Source of the DNA: Ramazzottius varieornatus
Lineage: Eukaryota; Animalia; Tardigrada
Assembly: GCA_001949185.1 (NCBI GenBank)
Contig: BDGG01000003.1
Location: 3,641,158 to 3,705,157, forward strand
Direction of reading: 5' to 3'
Length of the DNA stretch: 64,000 nucleotides
The translations under genes and the position numbers were made by a program. Shown here one piece after another: positions 25,669 through 41,127 of this stretch (positions are counted from its first letter, which is position 1; the number at the start of each line of letters is the position of its first letter). Below the pieces are notes generated by a model. It saw nothing but the letters and a program-made list of their open reading frames with translations. It was not told where the DNA came from and ran no database searches.

Positions 25669-27544
25669 TTACAGGAAGAGCCGCTTAGCATCGCTAGGGA
25701 TCTGTTCACTCGGACAATATGGGCATTTGACTTTGGAGGACCTGCAAAGAAGAAACAACCCTGTTTACCGCTCTGCTTCAAAAACCCAATTTCCACGATA
25801 TTCCAGGTACACGTTTCCTTAGAGGGAGTATGAATGTGCATTTACTCAAGTGATCTTAGCTGGGATTTGTACTTTGTCGATATCGCCAGCCTGGCCAAAG
25901 CTTCTTTGGAGATTACGTGTCCGCAGTTCAGGCGCATCGGGGGATTCTTTTCCGTGGACTGCTGCCGCAGAATCGGACAGGTGAATCTCGAATGATATAG
26001 ATGCTCAGGTGAGACATCAATCTCTATCTGTAAACCAAGAAAACAGAATATTCAATACCACCTCGACGCAAAACCTAACATTGTTAGAAAGTCGGCAGGT
26101 TCCGTGTCTAAAGTGGCGCATGTTCTCATTGGGATTCGGTAAAGCGTGCGCTACTCCGTCTGTCGATCTCCTAATTGCATGGTAGAATAAGAATAGTACT
26201 GATACTGTAGTAACGTACCGGAAGTTCCGTTTTTGAAGACGTCCATATCTCGCCCACATGTTGCTGCACCATCATGGTTTTGAGGTTCAAAAGAACCGGT
26301 ATCGCTTTACATCCAATCTTTAAGCTGTGGAAAAAAGCGAAACAATAAGGATAGACCACGAACCATGATCGAAGAATGGGAAGCGCTTACCAGACAGTCA
26401 GCGGACTCTCCATCGACAGTCCCATCAAAGCACAGGCATCTTTCGTGAAGGTCTCCCCTACATCCATCCAAAGGTCCTGGTTCACTAAATCCCGGTACGG
26501 CGACCTGTCGATACCGTAGTTTAAGAAGAGAAGACATCCCATCAGCTTCTGTATATCTGAAAAAGCAGAATATCCGGTATAAAGTACAACTTCTGATACT
26601 TCGTCTCCTTCCATAGGGAAGGAGGAAGTATACCTTTGATCTGTTCTGTGGACCGGAAGTTCTGAAACTTCCGCGAGTATTCAAGGAGTGCTCTTGTGTT
26701 TTCCGGACACTGTTTGAGAAGCTCCAAAAACTGCAGTTTGTGAAGTTTATACTCTAGGTGGCTGTGTCTTTCCTCCAGTTGCTTCCTGTGCTTCTCCGCC
26801 CACTGGAGAGCAGGTTGGACGTTTTTGTCAGCCAAGCTCTGAAGGACCGAATTCATCTCTAGAAATGGCAGGGACTTTTCTGCCTTCACCTGAACATGAG
26901 CTTCCTACAACATCATGAAATTCGGTATTTGTACTTAGCGTGACTCAAAAAAGAATCCGCGAACCTCTGCCAGACGATGCGCCACTTCGAGCAGTCCTTG
27001 ACGATACAGATGCTCCATGATGGCTTCCACCACCTTTGAAGTCTTGTCAGGTCCTTCCAGGCTTTCCGGACAGTTTATGACGTTGAAGTCTTGTGTGAAA
27101 ACCTTCAACCATCAACGCAGGTTGATACCTTGGCAAGTATTTATACTCACGTTTCTGTTCTGAACGCCTACCCGATCGATAACTTTGCCTAGGCGCGAAA
27201 TGGCTGGATGCACGTCCCTGTGCTGCTGGGAAACTTTGCTCGCAGTGTCCTTCGCCTTCGTGGCAGCTAACTTCAGAGAAAGCTTCTGTTCCGAGCTCAA
27301 GGTCGCAGTCCCCATCTCTGAAACAACAAACGGTTAAACCACGTGAATGTAATTGGCACAAGCAGTCATACAGCGGAAACATACCTTCACTTTCAACCAG
27401 TGCAGCATTCCGTTGCAGATCACTTTTCATAGCTTCCAGCACTTGCAGGACTTCATCGATCCCAGGTATACTTGACTGCCGAATGGCAGTGAACTTTGCC
27501 TGAACTTTGTCCAGCTCGATGTCCACTCCACTACAGGCGTCCAT
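25669..27544 (-). CDS. RMND5: CTLH/GID E3 ligase subunit RMND5
   Basis: MDACSGVDIELDKV start, LisH/CTLH (ALQWAEKHR, LEYKLHKLQF) and degenerate RING FTCPILRQQ..CGHVISK..KCPYCP. Confidence 0.93.
26110..26157. repeat. Family A palindrome core, RMND5 intron
   Basis: AAAGTGGCGCAT-N24-GTGCGCTACTCC. Confidence 0.7.
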
Positions 27545-28208
27545 CCTGCTTGATGAGCGTCACACTGCAGTGACTACACTTTCGTCGAATCACCTGTAAA
27601 ATGAACACCTGACCTCAAAAATCGGTCACCAGTTTCACCCAGATTCCCAGTGGGACTACCGCTGCTCTGTTCAGGATAAAGACTGTTTCCGTTGCGTGAT
27701 GTTCGCGAATGAAGAATGGAGAATGGATGGGAGAGTGGATGGGAAGAGGTCAAATCGAAAAGAAGGCTTTGTCATGTCAATTAGCGCAAGTCAGCTGACT
27801 ACTCGTAAACAAAACGCAGTTGCGGCGACAGGCAGTAAGGTAATACAAGGTAATATCATGTCATGTTATCGATGGTCTGATTGATTTTCGGTGCCATTGA
27901 TTTACTATGGCACTTCCGGTACGAGTGCGATGTTCCATACCATAATTCCATTTCATCCCAGAAGGCCAGAACGCGTTTTTCTCCATCTTTTCGATTCGAC
28001 AAAGCGTATTTGCTTTTGACTGGGAACCCCAACGTTGCCGACCTTTCAAGCGCGATACCCGTTTTTGGACGACTGGACCGCATCAAAGGTCCTCGAGAAC
28101 AGACAGTGAGACCAAGCTTATCGGAGAATCGCCGCCTTGTCGATGAGTCAATGTAACTGGTGAACTCGTAGAATCGTCTCTCAAGTCTCAATAATCTCTG
28201 GGATTTAG

Positions 28209-29554
<1,346 letters not shown>

Positions 29555-30167
29555 AGGGCTTTGGGTGAGCTACGTTTCTGTTCTGGTATCATTCGCCTCA
29601 ACCGGCTTCTCGGCTAGCTCGAAACTGTATTACCGCAATAACCGCATCCGCCGGTTGTAAGAAAGTACCTGTTGTTTGTCGTAACTTAGAACACCCCGCC
29701 GATGTACCTATAGAATCATCACCTGGCCGTTGGCCGAGTTTTCCACCCGAGATGCTCGGCCAGCGTGTTTTATTGGATGATGTTATAGTGTCCGCTAAAG
29801 TCCGCTATAAACGCGCATCTCAGGTTTTGTTGGAGGAAAGTAATATGACCAATTGCCATGATAGCCATTCCGTTGCGCCTCGGTGCCTTTTTCATGTTCC
29901 GTCAGCACGTATGGCGGACTCGTGTCCTGTGATCGAAGCATTTTGGTCAAGTTCTGCATAATTCTGTTCTCCGTAAAGTGGACGGACGAACGCGAATCGT
30001 AACGTCCTATGGAAGACGACATTTGGGCAATCTTCTTTCAGTATATAACCGTCGAAGATGGTTGTTGGTTTCATCAAACATTTCTTTCACTTCTACTCTT
30101 TGGAAGTCAGTTGTGGAATCCTTGGTTCTCTTGTATTTTCACTTCTGACGGATTTCCTAACCAACAA

Positions 30168-31097
30168 ATGGCTTCCTGGTGTTTATCAAGTTGCCTTTCC
30201 AGTGTGCTGACAATTTCCCTTCTTACTGCAGGTGCGTACGGACTACAAGGAGCTATCAGTCGATTAAAGTTGCCGAACGATGATTATTGAGTTGGTTTCA
30301 TACGTTTTGTGTTTGCAGGACTGTGTAGCGGCCAAGGCTACGCGTCCGGATATCCTGCCATGGGTCGCCAGTATGGAGGAGGAGGAAACTACGGTGGGAA
30401 CGGTGGAGGTGGCTATGGTGGATATTCGGGCGGTGGTGGTGGGTGGGGAGGCAACGGGGGCGGTTTCGGCGGTGGAGGCTTCGGTGGAGGAGGCTTTGGA
30501 GGAGGCTTGCTTGCTGGTAAGCAACTTTTAATGAGGACTTGTCAAATGTAAATGTTGAGCGGTTGTTGCGGGCACTATACCTTCGTCTATGTTCTTTTTT
30601 TTATGGTCTTAGGTTTCCCACTGGCCGGCATTGTCCCCTTTACACTAGGCCAGGAAAGCGTCCAAGTCAACGGTCTTCCTCCCTTTGGGATCATGAATGG
30701 ACTGGGTGGCGGAAGTGGTGGTGGTCTTCTTGGAGGACTCTTCGGTAGCGGAGGAGGAGGCTTCGGTGGCGGTATCCAGCCGTACTCCGGCGCTGGCGGC
30801 AATGGATACGGTTCTTCCGGCTCCGGTTACGGTTCGTCGTCCGGCGGTGGTTACGGATCAGGAGGTGGTGGCGGTAACAGCGGTGCTTACGGTAGTGGCT
30901 ATGGACCTGACAACGGCTACGCGTCTTCTTCTTCAACGGGTAGTGGTAGCGGTTATGGGTCGACGGGTGGTAGTGGTAATTACGGATCTTCATCGACTGG
31001 TGGTACTGGTTATGGATCTAACGGGGGCAATACTGGCACTCCTAGTTCGCCAATTGTCATTCGGAACCAATCATCGAGATCTAGATCAAGTTATTAG
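30168..31097 (+). CDS. Secreted Gly/Ser/Tyr-rich low-complexity protein, 3 exons
   Basis: Signal peptide MASWCLSSCLSSVLTISLLTAG|LCSGQ followed by GGF/GGY/GYGS repeats. Confidence 0.8.
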
Positions 31098-32117
31098 CCA
31101 GTATCATTAAGTTTCTTTCTCCTGCGACATGACATGGAACTTTTTCTAGTAATTTATCTTCAGCGTTATAAGGAATTATAGAAATGGTCACATATCCGTT
31201 CTCGCGACAAATCTATTCAGTGAAACTCACTGGGACTCGACTCGGAGGATCGCAAACAAGTGGCCACGACCCAACCGAAATTTTTAAAAACTGATCGGTG
31301 CAAAAAGGCCCAGGAACTTCTTCGTCTCAGTAAACCTTGTAGCATGATATAGAGCTCAGTACTTACGGCAGCAGTCATTTTCCATCGATCGGTCAGAATA
31401 AATTAGTTTTATGGGTCCCGCGCTCAGCTGATCGCTTATGTATGTGGGTCCTCAAAAGAGGAAAGGCGTTTGTCCGGACACTCTGACAGGTTCGTACACG
31501 TATAGGGTACAAGGTTCGCGAACCCAAGGTACGGTATTCGGCTTTCTCGATAAGCCTCACTAAAGTTTTTGGTGTGTTGAGGTTCTTCAACGTTGGGTTA
31601 TTTTCGTATAAACAGTTAACTTACAGTTAAACATAATATACGTCGGTTTTTCGGCGTGGTCGCTATCGCACGTGCTGCTTGCTCGAAATGTAGTCGACCT
31701 TACGTGCATGCTGTGTGCGACTTCAAAGTGTTCGAGAACGGCCGGAACTCCGTGCTGTTTCCATGTTGCAGTTGTACGACTGTCCGCCCACGTACGTTCC
31801 GACTGACGAGTTCAATTTCAAGCGATTGGTTGTCCGTAGTTAGAAACGCCTTTCCGCCCTACAAATATTGATCGATCAATGATTCAATATTGTGCTTGCG
31901 AAGCTAGCCCGTAAATGTAAATGGTCTTGCCTTCGTCGGTATCTTGGTGGTAGTCATCGTAGTCACGTTTCAATTTCAGTCTTATCGAGTTTGTTTGCCG
32001 AGGTCTCATAATGTTATAATCTATGGGCTAAGAAGACACTGAATAACTTCCCGTTGTGGATTTTGGGCCGTGTACTATTCGTTACGGGTTACAAGGTTTC
32101 GGCAGTTACTAAGTACG

Positions 32118-34692
32118 ATGGAGGCTTACGGTGGCAGTTCGGGATGGCCTCTAGTAAAGGACAGCTGCAAGATTTGCGACGGACCGGCCACGGGTGTACA
32201 CTATGGAGTAGTTTCTTGTGAAGGTTGCAAGGTACGGAAATATCCAGTGAGACTCTGTCGAGCCCTACGCAACATTGCATGCTGAAGTACCTACATTTGC
32301 GTATATACAGGCATTCTTCAAACGAGGACTCAAACGTAGTCACGAGTACAAGTGCTATTTGGGAGGCTCCTGCCAAATCGCCTTCGAAAATCGAGGCCGC
32401 TGCAAGCTCTGCCGTTTTGAAAAATGTGTCGCACAAGGCATGAATCTCTCCGGTAAGCTGATGCAAAGTCATCTTGATCAGCACGCTAAGACTGAAGCGC
32501 ATTTCGCTGTAGCCGTCAAGCTTGGCCGGATACCGAAATCGATGAAGAAGGCAGCTCGTGCGGAATCCGCCGCCTTCCGATCAAGCGGTGCTGGTCACGT
32601 TCGCATCGCACCAGCTCCTCCGAAGGGCGAAATACCATGTAAGGTTCCTAAACGATTTACTTCGTTGTCAATACGTAATTATGTTTCTTTTTCGACCGAT
32701 GCAGTTCTACATCAACCGCTCCTAGCGATCGGTCCATATTTGCGACCAGCAGCAGACCGTGCTCGCAACGGCAACTGTAAGTGTAACACCGCACCCTCGA
32801 AGGGTTCACCGGCGGGTTCCCTGCTTAAAGGCAATCCTTTCGCACATTTCGTGATATCTATTTCAGTTGGAGTTTGGAAGACTCGCCACGTCAATCGTGA
32901 TGGTAGCAGCCGTGAAGAACCCTCCTCATCTGGTCAAGATTCTGATGATGATCCAGAGGATACTCACATGAATCCTTCCCGGAAGTAAACTTGTGATTTG
33001 AGAAATCGTCAAACAAATTCGACCAGATTATTACCCCAAGTGGCGCAGGATGTTGGTGTTATGATCCGACAGAGTGCGCCACCAGGACAAACGATGTTGT
33101 TAAGTTGGTTTGCAGTGCTCCGTCAGTCCGTCTCCTGTTGTCCGAATTGCAGTCTATATGCGACATCAGGGACTTTTATTAACGGTTCCGTTTGCAGGTG
33201 CTCGACGGTTGACTCTGTCTTGTCAGAAGCCTCCTGTCTGCGAAACCCTCCGTCGATGTCAGAGCACGCCGTTCTCATGAAGGTTCCCTGTTTGTCACCC
33301 GACGACTTTGCACCGGAGTCACTCGAAATAGTCCCTGGGCAAAGCAGAAAGTTTTTCATCCCGGAAGACGTGCCCTTCAACTTGCAGAAACATTGGGCCT
33401 TGATGAAGGAGCAGACGGGATGCATCCGGCGGACCATATCTGCTGTTACTCATGCGCTAGGGATGGTCTACGCCGACCAGATCAGAGAGCGTGACACTTT
33501 CATGGAAGCCTGCTTGAACCCACAGTCTCCCAACTTCATAAACGTCATGGAGATCAAAGTACGGGCATCTGTTTCTAACTTATTGCTTCCGCTCCTGACT
33601 GTATCACGGTGTTTCTGACAGGCGGAATTTTATCCCGTGGAAGACTACATAAGGGCCGTTCAGCATGCCGTCGGTGAAGGAGCGAGGCGAGCTGGGCGCT
33701 TTGCTTCTTTGATTCCGGGTTTCCCGGATCTTGATCCGTCCGACCGAGCCATTCTAGTGAGAGGTATGTCCGTACTTCCTTGCCCAGATATTGATGGTCG
33801 ACGGAATAACAGTACCACGCCACTCCGCATGAAGATTATGTCTTGCAGATAGATGGTTCGTCTTCTACTTGATTCAGACAGCTTCACACGTCCACAACAA
33901 CGAGTTCTATTACACTGTAGGAGCAGAGAAGTTTCACTGGTGTAAGTCGGGCTTATCGTTCGTATCGTTGATAGCACCTCATGAGGAACCAACCGGAAGA
34001 AGGTATTACGAGTCTTGTTTTGTAGGCCGTTACTGGGCCGAGAAGTTGCTAGAACCGAACCTCGTCGATCTGGTGTTCGCGGTGACGGATGTCCTGAATG
34101 AACTAGAACTGTCGGTCAATGGTAGGTCCACTAAGCCGAATTTCAGATATTTTCGCAGGTTCTATGTGAAATTAATATTAATAAATAGAAGGTCCATCGT
34201 TTCTTACAGAGCGACATGTCCTCCTGGCGCTCTCGCTGTTCAAATGCGGTAAGCAGGTGCTTGATTGGAATGCCACTCCTCTCGGAGACCTCTTCGCCTA
34301 GGAAGGAATTTTACAAATACAATATTTGTCTTGCAGACGAATTCGATCCTGCGGAGAACGATCCGTACATGCAGTTTCTCTACTGCCACTTCCTTGAAGC
34401 TCTGGTGTTTTTGCTGGGTCCCCGTCGGGCAGTGGTGCTCGAACGCCTCGAAAAGGTACTTGGATCATGGTACGCTATCTTACGGGTGAATTCAATTATG
34501 GCAATTCTTTTATCATAGTTAATCCGACGCTTCACCGTGTTCAACCATATTCACCGGGAAAACATCCTTCATCTCGACCTAACTCGAATGCCGTTTCGTG
34601 CCGCAGAATCCCGCGTGCATCTGGACGTTACGAAGCTGATGACTGACGACGATCTGGCGCCCGCGAATGTCTTGCGCTACATCGAGAACTAA
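32118..34692 (+). CDS. Nuclear hormone receptor (NR1D/E75/Rev-erb- or NR1F-like, divergent)
   Basis: C4 zinc fingers CKICDG..HYGVVSCEGCK|AFFKR and CKLCRFEKC, T-box VKLGRIPK, and LBD signature FASLIPGFPDLDPSDRAILVR. Confidence 0.9.
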
Positions 34693-35350
34693 CCAGATCG
34701 TCCTGTCTATGCCTGGTCATGTACTTGGGCCCTTCGACATGGGGTACCACAGGTTCATGGCATAACGAGTTTCAGAGCACCATGTACGCTTCTGTACGTC
34801 TTATTTTTACATAGTTCGAGAACTTTCATAAAGTTCGCAGATGGTCTAATCGCTTTTCGATTCACAAACACACTCCGGTTGCATTTCGATTTTACGGTGT
34901 AAACAGAGTCTATGAGATGAGTACTATACTTTACGGAAATTCGTCTGTCTGTAAACTCTCTACGGAAATTCTATACTCTACATAGTTATGCCGACCGTTT
35001 TGTGGTTTTTATTCTGCTGCACGGTCTGATAACACTAATAAAAACAACAATTCAGTTCCGGAAAATAAGCAGAGTTCTTCGGTACAAAAAAATTACAATG
35101 GAAAGATGGCTCGACCAGCAAAAGTGTGCTCAGTTGTTCAAGAAAGAAGACATTCAACAAAATATCAGGACAGTTATTCAAGAGACAAGTAAGCATATCC
35201 ATGGCAGAAAATCACATAGTAGATAACAGCAGTAGCGGAAAAATGCAGCAATTTCCTAACCGAGAAACTCTTCGTTCCACTAAGAAGTTTTCGAAGAAGA
35301 TTCGATATTAAAGCCTAATCAATATTCTGAAAACTGGAAGAAGTTCCACA

Positions 35351-35947
35351 CTACAAGATGGTACACTTCTTCTTCTTCCTTCCGGTACTAGGCTTTTTCG
35401 TGCCATTCTGGCTTTCCTTCCATCGCTTGATCTCTCTCAGCAGCTCGAAAAAGGCTTTATCGACATTGAACTTAGTCTTGGCCGAGGTTTCGATGTAGGG
35501 CACGCCCCACTGTTTGGCCTTGTCCTGCAGTGTAGTCTCAGACACTTTCCGCTGGCTATCCAGATCCACTTTATTAGCCACCAGGATCAGGGGAATCAGA
35601 GGAATGCTCTTGACGCGAAATATCTGGTCCTTGAGTTCTTCCAAGGCTGTAAAAGAGTCCGCATCTGTCAAAGAGAAGACACACATGAAACCTTCTCCCG
35701 TTCGGAAGTAGTTATCCCGAATGGCAGCGTAGTCTTCTTGGCCCGCTGTATCCAGAATGTCCACCGATACTTCTTTGCCGTCTAACACCACTTTCTTCCG
35801 GTACGAATCAGCTTTGGTGGGCTCGTAATCCTCCACGAATTCGTCGTACATGAACTGCAGCGTGATGGCTGATTTGCCCACACCTCCGCTGCCCACCATG
35901 ATCACCTTGTGCACCTCTTCGGGTGCTCCCTTCTTGTTCTGTGCCAT
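35351..35947 (-). CDS. RALA: Ras-like GTPase Ral (single-exon CDS)
   Basis: GSGGVGKS, effector [24 protein letters not shown] and CAAX box CTIL. Confidence 0.97.
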   Translation of the reverse strand: MAQNKKGAPEEVHKVIMVGSGGVGKSAITLQFMYDEFVEDYEPTKADSYRKKVVLDGKEVSVDILDTAGQEDYAAIRDNYFRTGEGFMCVFSLTDADSFTALEELKDQIFRVKSIPLIPLILVANKVDLDSQRKVSETTLQDKAKQWGVPYIETSAKTKFNVDKAFFELLREIKRWKESQNGTKKPSTGRKKKKCTIL

Positions 35948-36657
35948 CGTCAGGGTCTAGAAGAAACAGTACGGAATAGATGATGAATCTGATCCGAGCA
36001 AACAAACCTCCCAATGAAGTATCAACAGCAATTCAGCAACGAAGATTCCCCTCGCGTCGCTTCTCTTCAGTGACCATCCGTCTACGTTTACCCAGGATCA
36101 TATGGCAGGTCCGTTATCAAGCGCCGTCAGTGTAAACAGAATAACATCTTCCACATTTGCTCTGTCGCAAGAAAGTAGGTGAAGATGTGGCTGACAGTGA
36201 CAAGCCAGTCTACTCACTCCATCGGATCCATTCCTTCGATTCAGCGACGATGACTGATCTGTCTGACGCAAAGTTCAAGAGGGCTCGGGAATCAAAACAT
36301 GCGAGACGACGATGGGACGTGGCTTTCTCCCCAGACAACCATTCTAAAACCGCCGTTCCGCCCTTCCAACTCTGTCATTCGTGCTCTTTCTACACTAATA
36401 CAAGACCCTGACGTCACCGTCTTTACTTTTTCTGACCAAACAGCCTGAAGTTCAACAACGTCAAGTCCATGACGCAGTGCGCTAACAACCAAAACGAAAC
36501 ACAGAAAAGAACAGCTTGGAAAAAACGATCTTCGAATTTCTTCGACATTTCCCACATACACATGGAATTCCCGGAGTTAAAAGATAACATTCTAACAGTG
36601 GACAAGGGAAAGAAGCAACCGACACAGGTTTGGGATCAAGTTCAGCAAAACTCTCAT

Positions 36658-38484
36658 TTACGCTTTTCCACCAGCTTTGCCGGCTTTGGGTGCTGCTGCG
36701 GCGGACTTGGCCGCAGTCTTGGGTGCTGCCTTGAGTGCAGTCTTGGCACCTGTTCTTTGCTGTTTCAGATCCTCTTCCGTGATCTCGTACACGATGGTGG
36801 GTTGATCCATCCGGAACAGCTCCGGTGCAAATATTTCTTCGGGCTGCGGTTCTTTGTCGTCCTCAGGATAGTGAGTCGGCATGGGCGGTGGGTTCGTGTA
36901 CGCCTTCCTTCTGGGCAGAATGGTATCCCACAGATAAATCCACGAGCTGGTCAGTCCGGGAGGCGTGGGTCCTCGGAGGTAAATCACGTCGTATTTCGTA
37001 TTCATTCGTAGAATCTGCACAGAACAACTATATCGCTGAAGTTTCCGCCTACAGTTTCACCCCCAAATGAGATCTAACCTTCAAGCCTCTTTGGATACGC
37101 CACTGGTTCCCCATATGGCCAGGCATCTTCTTCCCCCTCATGACTCGCGATTTGTGCTGCAAAAGTCAAAATACAGTAAGTAAGGAGGCCGGACTTAATG
37201 GTGACCTACCAGTTAGAGTACTCGTACTTACCACACTGTGACCGATACTTCCGGGTCTTCTGTGAAACTTCGTTGCACCATGACTGGCGGGCCCACCTTT
37301 GAAGCCCCACCGTTTCATGACTCCCTGAAATCCATAATCGATTCTGCAAAGAGAAAGCAGCGCTTAGTTAAGTTCCGGTAGGCGAGTAGCCGAGATCCTT
37401 ACGTTCTCCCGCCTACGTCCACATAGTCTCCCACTCGGAAATGCGTGGCTCTTAAGCGTGTTCCGGGCTGTAGCAAGGCGCTGTCGGAAACCACAAACTT
37501 GGTCAGCTTGCGTTTCGGCTGTACTCCGGACGCTTCGAAGAGCTGACAGTACTCATCAGTAAGCTGGAAAAAGCAGCAAAAGATGAATGGAAACTCCGGA
37601 AACGCTTGTATGCGGGTTCAGGAGAAAAACTGAAGCGCGGTATGAGCTATGGGACTTACATTAGTAGGATCGATGCTCTCGGCTCCAACCACCATACAGC
37701 CGATCTTCTTCTCTTTTGCCTTATACCTATCACCGCGAAACTGTCTTGCGAATTCTTCTGAAGTTGAAGAACTGACGACATGATTATCGACCACCTAAAC
37801 GAATTTCGCTTTTGATTGCCACACGAGCTATTGATACTTAGATATGAATAGAAAATTCCTTCCGATACCTGACAGAGGGTTGTCAAAATCCTCCTTCCGG
37901 ATGTGGTCCATTGTGGTACAACTCCAATTTTCTTGCACAAGAGACCAGCTCGTTTGGTCCTGCAGAACAGAGGCGAGTTATCAGAGCATGCAAATATGAT
38001 CGACAGGACCTTTTGAATAGTACCATGGTGTCCAAGGTTGGCGCTCTGGAGGAGGCTCTTTCAGGGGTGATAGATAAGTGTCCTTGATCACTTGTTGCAA
38101 AAATTGAGCATTGTCTTCGGTCAGTCGCTCTTGAACCATCAAAGTATGATCCAATTCCGGTTTGATCCACCTGTGGTGCGGTACATTTCCGCGGCGTCTC
38201 TTGTACTTCGTCCGGGGCGGAGGCATAGATGGAACTCGACCTCGCAGTCCTCTGTCCGGCTGGTAATTTATGAGGGAGCTGGAGAAAAAATGCGTGAGCG
38301 CGACACACGTATCATAGAACCGATAGACGCAATTATATAGAAAGATAATACTATGTAGTCCATACATGGAGAAGATTCGGTCCAGCTGTAAGAACGACGG
38401 CGTAATTTCAGCATCGAAAACCGTAGTACTTCTGGCAGTCTGTGCTCTCAGAGCACCATAAAGTAGACGCAGAGCGAATGCCAT
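36658..38484 (-). CDS. MRPL3: Mitochondrial ribosomal protein uL3m
   Basis: Basic presequence, [50 protein letters not shown] and [11 protein letters not shown]. Confidence 0.93.
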
Positions 38485-39146
38485 TCCTGTTTCAAATAGC
38501 GACCATAAGCAGAAAATTCGATGGTCCAGAAGGGATAAAGCCTTGCGGGCCGAACGGGATGTCTGCCGACCGGAAATGCAGTCAGCCAAGCACGATCTTG
38601 ACCACGGTGTGCGGCTCCGGCTATTCTTGCGCCTCTTCCGATGTTCCGCTGTCCAGTGAGGTGTGTCGACCGAAGATCCAGAGCGTGACAAGATGAAGCC
38701 GTCGTGTTCTGTTCGCAGCTCGGAAGCGGAAGGGGTAGTGGAAACTGTCAGGAAATCACCAAAGACACTGGAAGAGAAATGCAGATTCCTTCCGCTCCGG
38801 ACAATCAAGAGAAAGGCGATCAATTTGTTGAACGGGCTACACTTTATCGCAATAGCTCTGTTGAAACCAGGAGTTAGTGTTAGTTTGACAACTTGTCTTA
38901 TTACTATCTTCTGTTGTCTTGCGATCTTTGGGTTCTGGTTCTTCTGGATCTTTATACAGGAAGGACAACACGAACTAGCCACCGGCTGGAACGAGAACTC
39001 GAATTCAACTTGCGGAAACAAGAAAACAACGTAAGATCCGAAGAGTCATTTTAACCAAATTATCTGCTAATAACTTCTGCGTTTGCTCCTTCTCGCCAGG
39101 TTGGATCATCAAGGCACGCTCGTTCTGCTTGGCTGACATTCGCGAA

Positions 39147-40719
39147 ATGGCCGCGAAAGTCCACAAGGTTATCCAAGATGCGCAGAACGGGAAGCGGGAT
39201 GTCGATCTGGTAGAACGAACGATCACTTCGTTCAACGAAATTCCACAAATTCGTAAGCTGCTTATGAACTTTAGCTGTCTGCCCTTATATGGTCATGTCA
39301 ATGCACTCACTGCACTGTGAGTCTCATCACGGAATGAGTGAATGTCGGTACTTTGTAGTGTCCATGGTCCACATTACAAGGCTCAACCTGGCACATAATC
39401 GTCTGAAGAGTAAGCTAATGTACCGTCGAAGGAAATAGCCGTTCCTCCCCGACGGAATAAGTGTAGTTACCGGCAGGATCCTTTCCTCTACGAGACCTCG
39501 ACTGTTTCTTCAGGTGTTCCACCCGCAATCGGTGACTTGGTCAATCTCGAAAGCCTGAACTTGTACAACAACCAAATTGAGGTATTTTATTCCATACGAA
39601 CTACGTAGAAAGACTAGGTACTACCTTAATTAACATTACTCTTGAATTAGGAACTTCCGACTTCGCTGTCTGGACTACAGAGACTGCGAATCTTGAAGCT
39701 TGGGTACGTCCGGGTTTCTCGTTCTGTTTGACCAGACCTTTCACTTTGGTGTTTCGGCAGACTTTAACAGCAGTGTGGATTGCAGGTTGAACAGACTGTG
39801 GACCTTGCCTCGAGGTTTCGGGGCGTTTCCCGTGCTGGAGATTTTGGACTTGACCTATAACAACTTGAACGAACGCGGCCTCCCAGGAAATTTCTTCATG
39901 ATCCGTAAGCTCACAGATCTCGTGCCGACTCAACTGTATAAAGTAAACAAGTCACGTTATTGCAGAAACACTGCGCGCATTGTACTTGGGAGACAACGAC
40001 TTCGAGGTCCTTCCCGCCGATATTGGTAATCTTCAAGCTTTGCAAGTGGTACGAAGACTTTCCAGAGAATCCTCGACGTTCCTTTTGTCTGCTACATTGA
40101 CGGTTGATAAACTTTAGTCGTTGTAGTTGGTTCTCCGAGATAACGACTTGACTTCGCTGCCGCGCGAAATTGGTCGTCTGAAGCAACTGCGAGAGCTCCA
40201 TATTGAAGGAAACAGACTACAGGTGCTGCCACCGGAAGTTGGTAAGGTTAGGTCAAAATTCATATTTTGTTAGAACGTTTGCTGATGCAGTGATGCAGAA
40301 TGGTGCTTTTGTGAACAACAGGGCAGCTTGACATAATTGGACCGAGACAGCTCTTCCGCCTAGAAGACAATCCCTGGATTTCCCCCATAATTGAACAACT
40401 GCAAATCGATACCACCCATTTGATGGTAAGTCGAAGATCGGAAGATGGTCAACTGTTGTAGTTTTGACTACTTGACACATATAGTACTAAGGGGTATTTA
40501 TTTGCTTTCCAGGATCTTCTGAAGTCGAGCAACTACATGAGGTAAATGAACGGCGTCTCACAAGCTTGAGTTCTCAACTTTTGGCAGTAGTGATGTCAAA
40601 ATCTAGCATCGCGTTTCTCTCTCTTTTGCAGTATGTACAGCAGGCACTTGCAGTCCGGTCCAGCGATCCCGCCAATGGTTCGGGATAAGAATCGAAAAGT
40701 CAGTCGACGAAAGGATTAG
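39147..40719 (+). CDS. RSU1: Ras suppressor protein 1 (LRR)
   Basis: LPRGFGAFPVLEILDLTYNNLNERGLPGNFF, LRALYLGDNDFE and C-terminal DKNRKVSRRKD. Confidence 0.95.
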
Positions 40720-41127
40720 ACGCTTGTGCCTTCTCGCGTTCAAACCTGCAGTTTGTAAAGATGTGCCTAACAATGTTGGATTCTTCCCTTCTTAGTTTTT
40801 TTTAATACCAGTTTCACCTCCTCAACGTCGCATTTACTTCTTGCTCTAACGCGTTTTCAAGTTCTACCCTGAAGTTTGAAGCAGCTCTCCACAATTTCTT
40901 AGAGCACTTATCCCGGTAAATCTATTGTTCTGTCCGCGTCCGTTCCTCAGAGCGACTTACAGCAGCATCTGAATTTTCCGATACTACTGTATTATCGAGA
41001 GACGTATACACTTTCGAATGAAAAGTTAACATCACCAGAGCTACTAGGGCAATTCTCAAGAAGTGAGCGCAGCGTAGCATCGTCTCTGCCGTTGGGGAAG
41101 AATCGAATCGAGTCGGAATGCTCGAAA

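Noticed and set aside
37981-39021. 346-aa minus-strand ORF
   Set aside because: It is read-through of the MRPL3 promoter, first exons and an intron. The real CDS most likely starts at MAFALR (38484).
35351-40719. Ral and RSU1 as a Ras-pathway cluster
   Set aside because: RSU1 acts in the ILK-PINCH adhesion complex, and MRPL3 lies between them. Chance adjacency is sufficient.
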